From an uncultured Trueperaceae bacterium (lineage in GTDB: Bacteria; Deinococcota; Deinococci; Deinococcales; Trueperaceae): a DNA stretch of 64,000 bases. This document shows positions 1 through 11,109 of this stretch, piece by piece. The number at the start of each line of letters is the position of its first letter. Position 1 is the first letter of the stretch. The notes beneath the pieces are model-generated. The model saw only the letters and a list, made by a program, of their open reading frames with translations, was not told the origin of the DNA and did not search any database. Both the position numbers and the translations under genes were made by a program. The stretch is taken from positions 800,001-864,000 of the forward strand of contig CAVSGP010000004.1 in assembly GCA_963727505.1 (NCBI GenBank), given 5' to 3'.

Positions 1-984
1 GCGCTGGCGGCGGCCGGAACGGCCCTGGCACAGGTCCGCGTACGCGTCGAGATCCCCTACGGCGCCAGCGTGGGGCTGGCCTCCTCCGGCGGTGCCACCG
101 CCGGCCAGGCTTCCCTGGTGACCGGGCTGCACGTCGACGCCGAGGCGGCGCTCGAACCCTTCCACCTGACGGTCCGGTTGGATCCCTCGATGACCGTCCT
201 GGACGCGGCGACCATGACGCCGGCAGTGCCGCCCACCGCCCCATGGCCGAGCTGGGAACCGGGCCTCACGGAGGCCTACGCACTGTTGCGCGAGGGCCGG
301 CTCGACGTCAGTGCCGGCATCGAGCGGCTCCCGCTCGAGACCGCCCGCCTCACCGTTCCCTTCCAGCTCGACCGCAACGCCGCCGATGGACAGCGCCGCG
401 GCCTGCTGGGTGCGCGCGCCAGCCTCTACCTCGACCCGATGCGCCTGCGGGGTGCGCTCTTCGAACGCGGCGGCTCGCTCGGCGGCGCGTTGAGCGTGCG
501 GGCGGACCTTACCAGCGCCCAGCTCGAAGCCCACGCCGTGATCCTCGACGGGTTGGCGTTCGGCGCCTCGGCGAGCGGCACGCTGGCCGACACGGTGCTC
601 TACGGCGAAGCCTGGCTGCTCACCGAGCCGTGGCGTGCGCGGGCCGCGCTGGGCGCCAACGGCTACCTCGGCGACGCGCTGTGGACGGCCGAGGTCGCCT
701 TCGCGCCGCCGACGGGCCTTCCAGACGCCGCCGCGGTGCCGCAGCTGGCCGCCCAGGTGACCGTTCCCTGGCCCGCCGAAGGCAGCCTTGACGTCTACGC
801 CGGTGCCGCGCTGATGGACAGCGTCCTCGCGCCGGGCGAGCGCCGCGTCGCCGGGCAGGCGTCGCTCACCTGGGTGACCGGCAACCCCGACGTGCAGCTC
901 GAGCTCGGCCCCGCGGTACGGTTCGGCGAGCTCGGCGCCCACTACGTGCTGACGCTCCGCCTCACCACCTACACCGCCTTCTGA
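1..984 (+). CDS. Exported hypothetical protein, possibly an outer-membrane beta-barrel (5' partial)
   Basis: Frame is open from base 1 (ALAAAGTALA|QVRVRVEIP, signal-peptide-like). Alternating hydrophobic strands and a C-terminal Phe (YVLTLRLTTYTAF). Confidence 0.6.
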   Translation, partial: ALAAAGTALAQVRVRVEIPYGASVGLASSGGATAGQASLVTGLHVDAEAALEPFHLTVRLDPSMTVLDAATMTPAVPPTAPWPSWEPGLTEAYALLREGRLDVSAGIERLPLETARLTVPFQLDRNAADGQRRGLLGARASLYLDPMRLRGALFERGGSLGGALSVRADLTSAQLEAHAVILDGLAFGASASGTLADTVLYGEAWLLTEPWRARAALGANGYLGDALWTAEVAFAPPTGLPDAAAVPQLAAQVTVPWPAEGSLDVYAGAALMDSVLAPGERRVAGQASLTWVTGNPDVQLELGPAVRFGELGAHYVLTLRLTTYTAF

Positions 985-1033
985 ACGCCATCGTCCGGCC
1001 CACACCACCCGCTGCCCCGCGCCGCGCAACGCC

Positions 1034-1696
1034 TCACAGGAAGGTCGCGATCTCCTCCAGCGGTTTCCTGTCGATCCTCGGAACGCGCGCGCCATCGGCC
1101 GGGTGCCCGACCACCAGCAGCAGGAAGGGGCGCTCGTGCGGCGGTCTCCCCAGTAGCTCGTTCAAGAACCCCATCGGGCTGGGCGTATGCGTAAGGCTCA
1201 CCAACCCTGCCTCGTGCAGGGCGGCCACCAGCAGGCCGGTGGCGATCCCCACCGATTCGCCGGCGTAGTAGTGCATGCGCTTCTCGCCATCCGGCATGAT
1301 GCGGTAGGGCTGCGCGAAGATGCCGATGAGCACGGGCGCGACCTCCAGGAAGGGCTTGGAGGCGTCGGTGCCCAGCGGCGCCAGGGACTCGAGCCACGCC
1401 TCGGGAGCGCGCCGCTGGTAGAACGCCCGCTCCTCCCGCTCGGCCTCCACCCGGATGCGCCCCTTGACGCCGGCATCGGTCACGACCACGAAGTGCCAGG
1501 GTTGCAGGTTGGCGCCGTTGGGCGCGGTGCCAGCCGCGCGTAGGCAGGTCTCGATCACGTCGCGGGGCACCGGCCGGTCGCTGAAGGCGCGTACGCTGCG
1601 CCGCGTGCGCATGCGCTCGTAGAAGACTCGAGCACGGGCCAGGATGTCGTCGTCGGTGCGGGGCACGTACCCCGTCAGGGGCTCGGTGGCGGGCAT
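1034..1696 (-). CDS. Nitroreductase family protein, iodotyrosine deiodinase-like
   Basis: [38 protein letters not shown] and [11 protein letters not shown] motifs. CACAAT lies 7 nt before ATG 1696. Confidence 0.85.
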   Translation of the reverse strand: MPATEPLTGYVPRTDDDILARARVFYERMRTRRSVRAFSDRPVPRDVIETCLRAAGTAPNGANLQPWHFVVVTDAGVKGRIRVEAEREERAFYQRRAPEAWLESLAPLGTDASKPFLEVAPVLIGIFAQPYRIMPDGEKRMHYYAGESVGIATGLLVAALHEAGLVSLTHTPSPMGFLNELLGRPPHERPFLLLVVGHPADGARVPRIDRKPLEEIATFL

Positions 1697-1788
1697 GGGA
1701 CCCATTGTGCCCCAGCCGCTGGCCTATTCGCGCCCTCTTGTGGCGACCTCAAGCTCGGCGGGGCGGTGTCTCCCTCGGCGGGCGGGCC

Positions 1789-2739
1789 CTATCGGGCGCG
1801 CGCGATCTCCCGCTCGGCCAGCGCAGTCAGCGCCTCGCGCGCCGGCGAGGGCTCGAAGATCTCCAGCGCGCTCACCGCATGCCCCGCCTCCCGGCGGATG
1901 CGCTCGCGGGTGCGCACGTCGGCGCCGTGCTCGCGCACCAGTGCGACCATGCGCGCCACGTCGTCGCTGCGCGCGGCATGGCGCCGCACGATCTCGCCGG
2001 CCTCGCGCACCTGATGCTCGAGCACGAGCAGCAACACCGGGTAGGTGGCCTTGCCTTCGCGCAGGTCGCCGCCCACCGGCTTTCCGAGCTGCTCGGCGTC
2101 GCCGAGCAGGTCGAGGTAATCGTCCTGCATCTGGAACGCCCGGCCGTAATGCATGCCGTAGCGCACCAGCGCATCGCGTTGCGCCTGCTCCACCTCGCTC
2201 AGGATGGCGACGCCCTCCAGCGCCGAGGCCAATAGGATGGCCGTCTTCCCTTCGATGACGGCGTCGTAGTTGTCGAAGCTGTAGTCCTCCAGGGTCGCGG
2301 TCTGGAACTGCAAGACCTCGCCCTCGCAGATGGCGGCAGCGGTGCGCGACATCAGCCGGGTGAATTCCGCACTGCCGGTCTCAGCCAGCAACCCCAGCAC
2401 GCGGGCGAGCATGAAGTCGCCCGACATCACGCTCACCACATTTCCATAGCGTCGGAAGGCGGCCTGCGCGCCGCGCCGGGTCTGCGCGTCGTCGATGAGG
2501 TCGTCATGCAGCAGCGACGCGGAGTGGAGCAGCTCCACCGCAAGCGCCACCTGGAGGGTGCTCTCGCGGTCGGCGCCCAGCAGCTTGCCGGCCAGGAAGC
2601 TGAGGCTGGGACGCAGCCGCTTGCCGCCCGCCCCGACGAGGTCATCGCCGATCGCTTCGATGAAGGCGACCGAGGAGTGCAGCTGTCCCTGCATGCGCTC
2701 CTCGAACGTCGCGAGATCGTTCCGGATCAGATCGAACAC
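1789..2739 (-). CDS. Polyprenyl diphosphate synthase
   Basis: GGKRLRP, LLHDDLIDDAQTRRG (FARM), GKTA and FQMQDDYLD (SARM). GTG start follows TATACT. Confidence 0.93.
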   Translation of the reverse strand: MFDLIRNDLATFEERMQGQLHSSVAFIEAIGDDLVGAGGKRLRPSLSFLAGKLLGADRESTLQVALAVELLHSASLLHDDLIDDAQTRRGAQAAFRRYGNVVSVMSGDFMLARVLGLLAETGSAEFTRLMSRTAAAICEGEVLQFQTATLEDYSFDNYDAVIEGKTAILLASALEGVAILSEVEQAQRDALVRYGMHYGRAFQMQDDYLDLLGDAEQLGKPVGGDLREGKATYPVLLLVLEHQVREAGEIVRRHAARSDDVARMVALVREHGADVRTRERIRREAGHAVSALEIFEPSPAREALTALAEREIARAR

Positions 2740-2818
2740 AACGTCGGCCAGTATACGGGCGCGGAGGCTGCAGCCGCAGCGCGTTCCGAGCGAGGGCCTG
2801 GTCGCCCGGCCGGCACGG

Positions 2819-3463
2819 TCAGGAGCTGACACTCTCCTTGGCTGGCGTGCCCTGAAGGTAGTACGCTAAGCGCTTCAGCCCGGCCACGAAATCGACGGGT
2901 TCCACGAACACGCCACTGGGAACGTTGATGACGGTAGGCGCGAAGTTCAGGATGCCGCGGATGCCGGCAGCCACCAACCTCGCGGCCGCCTCCTGGGCGG
3001 CCTGGGCCGGCACGGTCAGGAAGGCGATGTCGATGGCCGACGCGGCCACCCGCTCGTCGATCTCGTCGACCGCATAGACGTCGACGCCGCCGATGTGGCG
3101 CCCCACCTTGGCCGGGTCGCTGTCGAAGGAGGCCTTGAGCAGGAAGTCGTACTGGTCGAAGTTCGGGTAATCCGCCAGGGCCTGACCCAGGCGCCCCATC
3201 CCCATGATGGCGACGTTCCACGGGCGGGTCAGACCCAGGATGCGGCGCAGCTCCCGCCGCAGCGTAGGCACGCTGTAGCCCGCACCCCGCGTACCGAAGC
3301 GGCCGAAGTAGGCCAGGTCCTTGCGCACCTGGAACGCGGACACCTGGGCCTCTTCGGCCAGAGCATCCGACGAGGTGCGCTTGATCTCGGCCTCTTCGAG
3401 GTCGGTGAGGATCCGGAGGTAGGTGACGAGACGGCTGACCGTAGCCGTCGGGATGTTCCGCAT
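2819..3463 (-). CDS. rex: Redox-sensing transcriptional repressor Rex
   Basis: IPTATVSRLVTYLR, QVRKDLAYFGRFGTRGAGY, GMGRLG Rossmann motif, GILNFAP. Confidence 0.97.
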   Translation of the reverse strand: MRNIPTATVSRLVTYLRILTDLEEAEIKRTSSDALAEEAQVSAFQVRKDLAYFGRFGTRGAGYSVPTLRRELRRILGLTRPWNVAIMGMGRLGQALADYPNFDQYDFLLKASFDSDPAKVGRHIGGVDVYAVDEIDERVAASAIDIAFLTVPAQAAQEAAARLVAAGIRGILNFAPTVINVPSGVFVEPVDFVAGLKRLAYYLQGTPAKESVSS

Positions 3464-4590
3464 CAGCGCGGGAAGCTGTCGATCCCTGCAGCCTTCAGAT
3501 CGGACTGGACCTGTGGCAACCGGTCCGAGCTGAACGGCCCGATGAGCAGCTTGACGAGCCCGCTCTCGGTCCTCTCGGTGACCTGGTAGCCCATGGAAGC
3601 GAGCTTGTCGCGCTGCGGCTTGGCGCTCTCGGCATTGCCGTAGGCGCCCACCTGCAGGTAGCGCTGGCCGCCGGCCGTGGCGCTCGACGAGGCGGTCGTC
3701 GTGGACGACGCGCTCGACGTGGACGGAGACGAAGACGCGGAGGGCGTGGCGCTGCCTCCCGCCGAGGGGCTGGCGGGTTGCGGCGCGCTGTCCTGGGTGC
3801 CCTTGAACTGGTACACGACCGGATCGACACCGAAGCCACCGCCCTTGATCTTTGCGGCCACCCCGTCGGCTTCCGACTGGGTGCGGTAGGGCCCGACCAG
3901 CACGATCGTCAGGTCACCCTGATCGGCCAGGAACACCGGATAGCCGGCCTTCTTGAAGGCCTGCTCCTGGCGCTGCGCGTAGTCGGCGTGCGAGAACGCG
4001 CCCACGGAGATGCGGTACGGGGCCGCCGCGCCGGGACCGTTGTCGGCCGCCGTCGACGGGCTGGCCGAGGTCGCAGCCGACGAGCTCGCGGGCGGGGCCG
4101 CGCTCGCCGTGGTCGAGGCGCTCGGGGCCGTGCCGGTCGCTGCGCTACTCGACGCGCCGCCGGACGAGGCCGAGCTGCCGTTGTCGCTGGGGGGGAGGAC
4201 GGCCACGCCACCACTGCTGCTGCCCGAGGGAGCCGCAGCCGTGGAACCGGTGGTCGCCGCCGAGCCACTGGCCGGGGTGGTGCCGCTACCGGCCGTGCCG
4301 TTCGTCGAGCCGCCGCTGGTGGCCTGCGTCGACGAACCGGCGGCGCTGGATGAGCCGTTGGTCGAGGACGGAGAGGACGACGTAGAGGGCGACGTCGTGG
4401 AGGGCGAAGCCGCGGGCGGCGCCGAGCTCTGCGTGGTCGCGCTCTGCGCCGGTGGGGCGCTGGTCCGGGTGCTCTGCCCCACGGGGAAGAACGATCCCCC
4501 CGTGATGAGCGTCGCGATGATCCCGGCGATCACCGCGACCAGGGCGATGCCGATCAGCAGGTCGGGCCAGTTACGTCGAAGCCAATCCAT
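3463..4590 (-). CDS. SPOR domain-containing membrane-anchored protein
   Basis: N-terminal TM, long S/T/A-rich linker, two SPOR-like domains (YRISVGAF..., YLQVGAY...). Confidence 0.85.
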   Translation of the reverse strand: MDWLRRNWPDLLIGIALVAVIAGIIATLITGGSFFPVGQSTRTSAPPAQSATTQSSAPPAASPSTTSPSTSSSPSSTNGSSSAAGSSTQATSGGSTNGTAGSGTTPASGSAATTGSTAAAPSGSSSGGVAVLPPSDNGSSASSGGASSSAATGTAPSASTTASAAPPASSSAATSASPSTAADNGPGAAAPYRISVGAFSHADYAQRQEQAFKKAGYPVFLADQGDLTIVLVGPYRTQSEADGVAAKIKGGGFGVDPVVYQFKGTQDSAPQPASPSAGGSATPSASSSPSTSSASSTTTASSSATAGGQRYLQVGAYGNAESAKPQRDKLASMGYQVTERTESGLVKLLIGPFSSDRLPQVQSDLKAAGIDSFPR

Positions 4591-4615
4591 GGTTCCATTC
4601 TAGTGCAGCGGTGCA

Positions 4616-6151
4616 TTAGAGGTACTTGGTAATCGCGTCGCAGGCCTGCTGGTAGCCCTGCTGGCACGAACTCTTCCAGGCATCCCGCGCCGCACTCTGG
4701 CGGTCCTGGGAGTACAGTGCCCAACCGAGGTTGTAGTAGCTCTCGCTGTCGTTGGGGTTCTGTTGGACCAACAGCTTGTAGACGGTTTCCGCGTCCTGGA
4801 AGCGCTTCGCCGCCAGGTAGGCGGCGCCCAGGTCGACGCGGGCTTCGACGCTGTTGGGTGCGAGCTGGGTGGCCCGTTCGAAGTACCGGATGGCGCTGTC
4901 GTAGCTCTTCTGCTGGTAATCGGCCAGGCCGGCCCAGAGCTGCGCCTGCGAATCGTCCGCCTTGGCCTGCACCACCTGATCGAGCTGCTTGGCGGCCGCG
5001 GCGTACTGCCCCTTGCGGTACAGGGAGCGCCCTGCGATGAAGCGTGCCTGGATGATCTGATTGGCGTCGCTGAGTTGAGCCAGCGCGGCCTGCGCGTTGG
5101 AGAGCGCCTTGTCCGTCTGCGCGAGCTGGTCGTAGGCCGAGGCGAGTGCAAGGTGGACGTCACCGTTGTCGGTGGCCAGACTGCTGGCCTGTTCGAGCGG
5201 GTCGAGCGCCTTCTGGGTCTGCCCGCCCTCGAGGTAGCTCACGCCCAGGTTGTAGAGCGCCTGCCAGGAGTTCGGGTCGGCTTGTGCGGCCTGCTGGAAC
5301 GACTGAGCGGCGTCGGCATCGCGGCCGAGGCTCTTCTGGAGGGTGCCCAGCTTGACCAGGATGTTCGCCTTCGCGCTGTTGTTGCCCGCCGCGTCGGCCT
5401 TCTTCAGGGCGCGGTTGAGAGCGAACATGGCGTAGTCGACCTGGCCCTGCTTGACGTAGATGTCGGCGATGAGGGCGCTGACGCGGTAGTCGCTGCTACT
5501 CGACTCGAGCTTCGTCAGCTCGGGCAGGGCGTCGAGACCCTTGCCCGCCTGTTCGAGCGCCCGGCCGCGCCTAAGGATCATGTCGGCGTTGCCGGGGTCG
5601 AGCTGCAGCGCCGAGGCGTAGGCGTCGGCGGCACTGGAGTAATCGTTGGTGAGCTCGAGCTGGCCCGCCAATCCCAGGTACGCGTCGATCTTGTCCTTGT
5701 TGGTGGCGACGTTGTCGGCCACCTTGATCGCGGCCTGGAACGCGGCCGCAGCGTCCTTGGGGCGACGCAGCTTGGCCAGCGTCACCGCCCGGTTGAAGTG
5801 CCCGTCGAAGCGCTGCGGGTAGAGGCGGGTCACCTCGCTGAACTCGAACAGCGCGGCCTGGTAGTTGCCGGCCGCGTACTCGGACAGGCCGAGCCCGTAG
5901 TGGGCGTCGCCGTTGCCGTAGTCGATCGAGATGGCCTCGAGGAAGCTGTCCTTGGCGTCGACGTACTGCGACGCCTGATACTGCGCGTTCCCGAGATCGA
6001 CCCATACCGTCGCGTCGTTCGGATTGGCCTGGGCCTTGGCGCGCATTTCGGAGATCGACGGTTGGGCCCACGCCGACGAAAGCACAAGCAACAGGGCGAG
6101 GGACGCCACGACGGCCTTGCCCAAGCCCCGATTGCACGTCATGCTCTTCAT
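4616..6151 (-). CDS. Exported tetratricopeptide repeat protein
   Basis: Signal peptide (LLVLSSAWA|Q), many TPR repeats, GGAGG RBS before ATG 6151. Confidence 0.88.
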   Translation of the reverse strand: MKSMTCNRGLGKAVVASLALLLVLSSAWAQPSISEMRAKAQANPNDATVWVDLGNAQYQASQYVDAKDSFLEAISIDYGNGDAHYGLGLSEYAAGNYQAALFEFSEVTRLYPQRFDGHFNRAVTLAKLRRPKDAAAAFQAAIKVADNVATNKDKIDAYLGLAGQLELTNDYSSAADAYASALQLDPGNADMILRRGRALEQAGKGLDALPELTKLESSSSDYRVSALIADIYVKQGQVDYAMFALNRALKKADAAGNNSAKANILVKLGTLQKSLGRDADAAQSFQQAAQADPNSWQALYNLGVSYLEGGQTQKALDPLEQASSLATDNGDVHLALASAYDQLAQTDKALSNAQAALAQLSDANQIIQARFIAGRSLYRKGQYAAAAKQLDQVVQAKADDSQAQLWAGLADYQQKSYDSAIRYFERATQLAPNSVEARVDLGAAYLAAKRFQDAETVYKLLVQQNPNDSESYYNLGWALYSQDRQSAARDAWKSSCQQGYQQACDAITKYL

Positions 6152-6295
6152 GCCAGCCTCCAGATCGCTGCGCCTACGTATCCCCATAGACTGCGTGCGA
6201 AACGATAATTCCGGTGTCCACTGTAGTATGGTGCGCCGTTCGGGACGTGTGAAATCCCCCACGAGATATGCCCTTCACGGCGGCAAAAACCGCCC

Positions 6296-7387
6296 TCAGG
6301 GACGGGACTCGCGTAGCCGCAACGACACCTGCGAGGGGTCCGCCGCATTCGCGGCAGCGCCCTCGGTGAGGGCAAGTTGCCCGCACGCTCCCCCCGCGTC
6401 GCGTCCACGGCTGAAGCGCACGGACACCGGGATGCGGGAGCGCTCGAGCTCCCCCCGGAAGCGCTCCGTCGCCGCTGCCGTGCTGGCCTTGAAGCCCGAC
6501 CCCGACCAGGGATTGAACGGGATCAGGTTGACGTGCACCTTCAGACCCCGGAGCAGACCAGCGAGCGCACGCGCCCGGCCGACGTCGTCGTTGACGCCGC
6601 TGAGCATGGTGTACTCCACGGTGACCCGCCGCCCGGTAGCCTCCTGGTACGTGCCCACCGCGTCCATGATGTCGGCGATCGGATGCGCATGCGCCGTGGG
6701 GATGATCGTGCGCCGCGTCTCGTCGTCCGGCGCATGCAGGCTCAGGGCCAGCACCAGCGGCAACGCTTCCCCCGCGAGCCGGCGGATGCGGCTCGGCAGC
6801 CCTACGGTCGAGAGCGTGATGCGACGCGGCGAGAGGTCGAGGCCCTCCGGCGCCACCAGCGTGCGCAGGGCGCGCACGGCGTTGTCGTAGTTGAGCAGCG
6901 CTTCCCCCATCCCCATGAGGACCACGTTGCGGATCTCGCGCGGCGCCACCCCTTCGGCTGCCGCGACCACCAGGACCTGCCCGACGAGCTCACCCGCCGT
7001 CAGGTTGCGGCCGAAGCCGAGCGAGCCGGTGGCGCAGAAGGCGCATCCGGCGGGGCACCCCACCATCGAGGAGACACAGACCGTCTTGCGGTCGGCGTAA
7101 GGCATGTACACCGCCTCGGTGCGTTGCCCGTCCGGCAAGCCGAAGAGGTAGCGCACCGAGCCGTCCTTCGAGGGGAAGCGCTTCACCGTGTCGAAAGGCG
7201 AGATGCGGTAGCGCTCCGCCATCGCCGAGCGCAGCCCGGCCGGCAGGTTGGTCATCGCCTCGAACGCCTGCGCACCGTGCCGGTAGAGCCACTCCGCTAG
7301 CTGCTCGGAGCGGTAGGCGGGCTCGCCCTCGGGCAGCGGCAGGTCGGCGGGCGGGGCTTCGTAGAGACTGGGCAGGAGGGCGGACAT
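6296..7387 (-). CDS. rlmN: Dual-specificity 23S rRNA/tRNA methyltransferase RlmN
   Basis: CVSSMVGCPAGCAFCATG radical-SAM motif, MGMGEAL, SLHAP, NLIPFNP, GACGQL. Forms the C-terminal part of the 6296..8839 track ORF. Confidence 0.95.
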   Translation of the reverse strand: MSALLPSLYEAPPADLPLPEGEPAYRSEQLAEWLYRHGAQAFEAMTNLPAGLRSAMAERYRISPFDTVKRFPSKDGSVRYLFGLPDGQRTEAVYMPYADRKTVCVSSMVGCPAGCAFCATGSLGFGRNLTAGELVGQVLVVAAAEGVAPREIRNVVLMGMGEALLNYDNAVRALRTLVAPEGLDLSPRRITLSTVGLPSRIRRLAGEALPLVLALSLHAPDDETRRTIIPTAHAHPIADIMDAVGTYQEATGRRVTVEYTMLSGVNDDVGRARALAGLLRGLKVHVNLIPFNPWSGSGFKASTAAATERFRGELERSRIPVSVRFSRGRDAGGACGQLALTEGAAANAADPSQVSLRLRESRP

Positions 7388-7540
7388 CGGCCAACAGGGT
7401 ACCGCGTAGGGGCCGGCCGGGCCCGCGTCGCCGCAACGCTCGCGGCGCGTCCGACGCTCCTGAGAATGCCTTCGGGCTATCATCACCGGAACGACACCCG
7501 ATTCTGACGCCCTCTCGCGCGCATCACGGGGAGACGACGT

Positions 7541-8794
7541 ATGGCTGCACGCAAGCTGAAGACGATCGGCATGGTGCTGGCAGGCGGCAAGGGTACCCGG
7601 CTGCATCCCCTCACGTGGAAACGCACCAAGCCGGCCGTCCCCTTCGGTAGCAAGTACCGTATCATCGACTTCGCGCTGAACAACATGATCAACTCCGGGA
7701 TCTTCGGGATGTACATCCTGACCCAGTTCAAGGCGCAGTCGCTCACCGAGCACATCCAGCGAAACTGGCGCTTCGGCAGTTTCATATCGGACTACTTCAT
7801 CACCCTGGCGCCGGCGCAGATGTACCTCTACGAGGAGCTCGGCGCCGAGTGGTACCGCGGCACGGCCGACGCCATCTACCAGAACCTGCACCTGATCGAC
7901 AACAACGACGCCGATCTGGTGGCGATCTTCAGCGGCGACCACATCTACAAGATGGACATCAGCCACATGATCGAGTACCACCTCGAGCACGAGGCCGACG
8001 TCACCATCGCCGCCTACCCGACCCCGGTCGCCGACGGCCAGCGCTTCGGCGTGCTGCAGATCGACGAGCACTGGCGCATCCAGGAGTTCCAGGAGAAGCC
8101 CAAGAACCCCAACCCCATCCCCGGCCGCCGGACGCACTGCCTGGCCAGCATGGGCAATTACATCTTCTCGGTCGAGAAGCTGGTCGAGTTGCTCAACCGC
8201 GATGCCGCCGACCCCGGCAGCGAGCACGACTTCGGCAAGAACGTGCTGCCCATGGCGCTCGAGGAGGACTACCGGCTGTTCGCCTACGACTTCGCGCGCA
8301 ACCCCATCCCGGGCCAGGATGGGCCCAACACCTACTGGCGCGACGTGGGCACGCTCGACAGCTACTGGGAAGCCAGCATGGACCTGGTCGACATCGAACC
8401 CGAGTTCGACCTCTTCAACGACGAATGGCCGCTCCGGACTTCGGCCGAATTCTCGCCCCCCGCCAAGTTCGTCCACGAGGAGGAGGGACGGACCGGCCGC
8501 GCATTGAATGCTCTCGTCGCCGGCGGCGTCATCCTGTCGGGTTGCACCGTGCGCCACTCGCTGCTCGCGCGCCGCGTACGCGTGCACTCGTACTCCACCG
8601 TCGAGAACTCGGTGCTGTTCGACGACGTCGAGATCGGCGGGGGCTGCGTCATCCGTAACGCCATCATCGACAAGAACGTCACCGTGCCCCCCGCCACGAA
8701 GATCGGGGTCGACATCGAGGAGGATCGCGCGCGCGGGTTCACCGTGACGGACAACGGCATCGTGGCGGTGCCGAAGGGCTACAGCTTCCGGTGA
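7541..8794 (+). CDS. glgC: Glucose-1-phosphate adenylyltransferase
   Basis: [52 protein letters not shown]. Confidence 0.96.
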   Translation: MAARKLKTIGMVLAGGKGTRLHPLTWKRTKPAVPFGSKYRIIDFALNNMINSGIFGMYILTQFKAQSLTEHIQRNWRFGSFISDYFITLAPAQMYLYEELGAEWYRGTADAIYQNLHLIDNNDADLVAIFSGDHIYKMDISHMIEYHLEHEADVTIAAYPTPVADGQRFGVLQIDEHWRIQEFQEKPKNPNPIPGRRTHCLASMGNYIFSVEKLVELLNRDAADPGSEHDFGKNVLPMALEEDYRLFAYDFARNPIPGQDGPNTYWRDVGTLDSYWEASMDLVDIEPEFDLFNDEWPLRTSAEFSPPAKFVHEEEGRTGRALNALVAGGVILSGCTVRHSLLARRVRVHSYSTVENSVLFDDVEIGGGCVIRNAIIDKNVTVPPATKIGVDIEEDRARGFTVTDNGIVAVPKGYSFR

Positions 8795-8988
8795 GCGACG
8801 GTTCGCCGACCGTTTTCCGATCACCGCGTGCGCACCCACCCGGAAGCGGTGGGAGAGGGGCCTGGGACATGGTCCCTTGGCTTACAGCCGGGCTTCGCGC
8901 CGGGGTGCTACCCTTGTTTGACTAGCGCCGCGCACGCCGAGCGTGGCCCTGACCCGTGCGGCGCCGGGGGCGCCCGCTGGAGGACCTG

Positions 8989-10989
8989 TTGAAACGATCG
9001 TTCAATCCCTGGCTGCTCGTGATGCTCATCATCCTGGGCATCTTTGTGTTCAACCAGTTCAACTCGGGCGGCTCGAGCCGCGAGATCAACTACTCGACCT
9101 TCACCAACCTCGTCGATCAGGGCAAGGTGGCTTCGGTGACGGTCGACCGCACCAACGGCAACATCGACGGGGACCTCAAGAGCGCCTCGCAGGTGACCAT
9201 CAAGGGCCAGCCGGAAACGATCCAGTCGTTCCACACCACGGCCATCATCACCGACTCGTTGCTGGGCACGTTGCAGAAGAACGTCTCCAGCGTGACCATC
9301 CGCAACCCGCCGCAATGGATCGGCTTCGTCGTCGGCTCCATCCTACCCATCGCCCTGCTACTCGGCTTCTTCTGGTTCGTGTTCATGCGTGCCCAGGGCG
9401 GGCCGAACCAGGTGATGCAGTTCGGGCAGTCGAAGGCCAAGCTCTACGGTCGCGAGAACAAGGTGCAGACCACCTTCACCGACGTCGCCGGCCACAAGGA
9501 GGCGAAGCAGGAGCTGATGGAGGTGGTGGACTTCCTGAAGAGTCCGCAGAAGTACCTCCGCATCGGCGCCGAGATCCCCAAGGGGGTCCTGCTGGTCGGT
9601 CCTCCCGGCACCGGCAAGACGTTGCTGGCGCGCGCGGTGGCTGGTGAGGCGGGCGTGCCGTTCCTCACGGTCAGCGCTTCGGAGTTCATGGAGATGTTCG
9701 TGGGCGTCGGCGCCAGCCGCGTGCGCAACCTCTTCGAGGAGGCCCGCAAGGCCGCGCCCGCCATCATCTTCATCGACGAGCTCGACTCCATCGGTCGACG
9801 TCGCGGCGCCGGCATCGGCGGCGGGCACGACGAGCGCGAGCAGACCCTGAACCAGATCCTGTCGGAGATGGACGGCTTCGAGAAGGACACGTCGGTCATC
9901 GTGGTGGCGGCCACCAACCGCCCCGACATCCTCGACCCGGCGCTCTTGCGCCCGGGCCGCTTCGACCGCCAGGTCACCATCGGGCTGCCCACGCAGAGCG
10001 AGCGCGAGGAGATCCTCAAGGTCCACATCCGCAACAAACCGGTAGCGGAGGACGTCAACTTGAAGCGCCTGTCGGAGGCCACCCCGATGTTCTCGGGCGC
10101 CGATCTGGAGAACCTCACCAACGAGGCCGCCCTCATCGCGGCGCGTACCAGCAAGCAGATCATCAGCTGGTCGGACTTCAACGAGGCGCTCGACCGCATC
10201 ACGCTCGGGCTCCGGCGCGGGAGTCTCGTACCTACCGAGGAGGAGCGGCGCATCCTGGCCTTCCACGAGGCGGGCCACGCCGTGGCCTACGCGGCGGAGC
10301 CCGACCTGGGCAACATCCGCAAGGTCACGATCATGCCGCGCGGCGGCGCCGGCGGCTTCATGGCGCCCCTGTCCAAGGAAGAGATGTTCTACAACGTCGA
10401 CCGCTTCCGCAGCCAGTTGGTGGTGGCGTTCGGCGGGCGCGTCTCCGAGAAGCGCGTGACAGGGACCATCTCCTCGGGGGCGAGCAACGACCTGAAGCAG
10501 GCCACCGAACTCGCCAAGCAGATGGTGCTCGACATGGGCATGGGCAAGGAGGAGTACGTGGCGTGGGGCTCCGACCAGGGTCCCGTGTTCCTGGGCGGCG
10601 AGATCTCCCGCCGCAAGGACTTCTCCGAGGAGACCGCGCGTGAGCTCGAGGAGGAGGTCACCAGCATCCTCGAGTCGACGTACCGCGCCTGCGAGAAGGT
10701 GATCGACGACAACTGGGCCGCCGTCCAGGCCGTCGCGAACGCCCTGCTCAAGCGCGAGACGATCGACGGCAAGCTGATCCACGGCGCCTACGAGAAGGCC
10801 CGGGCTGGCGTGCCGCACGAGGAGATCACCGACTGGATCGTCGGCGAGGCAGACGAGGTCGAGCGCCGCTTGCAGGAGCAGGAGGAGCGGCAGCGCCGGG
10901 CCGACGAGGAGCGGCGGCACAGCGCCAGCGACCACGGCCGCACGCCTCCCCCGATCGAGCCGCGGCCTGCCTCCGAGACCGGGAGCTGA
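8989..10989 (+). CDS. ftsH: ATP-dependent zinc metalloprotease FtsH
   Basis: Two TMs, [34 protein letters not shown] start follows GGAGGA. Confidence 0.97.
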   Translation: MKRSFNPWLLVMLIILGIFVFNQFNSGGSSREINYSTFTNLVDQGKVASVTVDRTNGNIDGDLKSASQVTIKGQPETIQSFHTTAIITDSLLGTLQKNVSSVTIRNPPQWIGFVVGSILPIALLLGFFWFVFMRAQGGPNQVMQFGQSKAKLYGRENKVQTTFTDVAGHKEAKQELMEVVDFLKSPQKYLRIGAEIPKGVLLVGPPGTGKTLLARAVAGEAGVPFLTVSASEFMEMFVGVGASRVRNLFEEARKAAPAIIFIDELDSIGRRRGAGIGGGHDEREQTLNQILSEMDGFEKDTSVIVVAATNRPDILDPALLRPGRFDRQVTIGLPTQSEREEILKVHIRNKPVAEDVNLKRLSEATPMFSGADLENLTNEAALIAARTSKQIISWSDFNEALDRITLGLRRGSLVPTEEERRILAFHEAGHAVAYAAEPDLGNIRKVTIMPRGGAGGFMAPLSKEEMFYNVDRFRSQLVVAFGGRVSEKRVTGTISSGASNDLKQATELAKQMVLDMGMGKEEYVAWGSDQGPVFLGGEISRRKDFSEETARELEEEVTSILESTYRACEKVIDDNWAAVQAVANALLKRETIDGKLIHGAYEKARAGVPHEEITDWIVGEADEVERRLQEQEERQRRADEERRHSASDHGRTPPPIEPRPASETGS

Positions 10990-11020
10990 CGGCCGCCGCC
11001 AAGCCCGACAACGTCCGCCC

Positions 11021-11050
11021 GGCGGGCGCCTCCACCAGAAGGCGCCCGCC
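11021..11050 (+). terminator. GC-rich hairpin after ftsH
   Basis: GGCGGGCGCC-loop-GGCGCCCGCC; U-tract is weak. Confidence 0.5.
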
Positions 11051-11109
11051 TTCCTCATGCAACGCGGGGTATCATTGCCCGCGGGCCGAGCCCGGGGAGC
11101 GCTGAAGTC

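Noticed and set aside
3677..4460. Ser/Thr/Ala low-complexity repeats
   Set aside because: Ordinary disordered linker of the SPOR protein, not an array.
6247..6264. GTGTGAAATCCCCCACGA, a possible Rex autoregulatory site
   Set aside because: Four mismatches to the consensus; too weak to call.
7388..8839. N-terminal extension of the 847-aa ORF containing rlmN
   Set aside because: It is the antisense shadow of glgC; the real RlmN starts at 7387.
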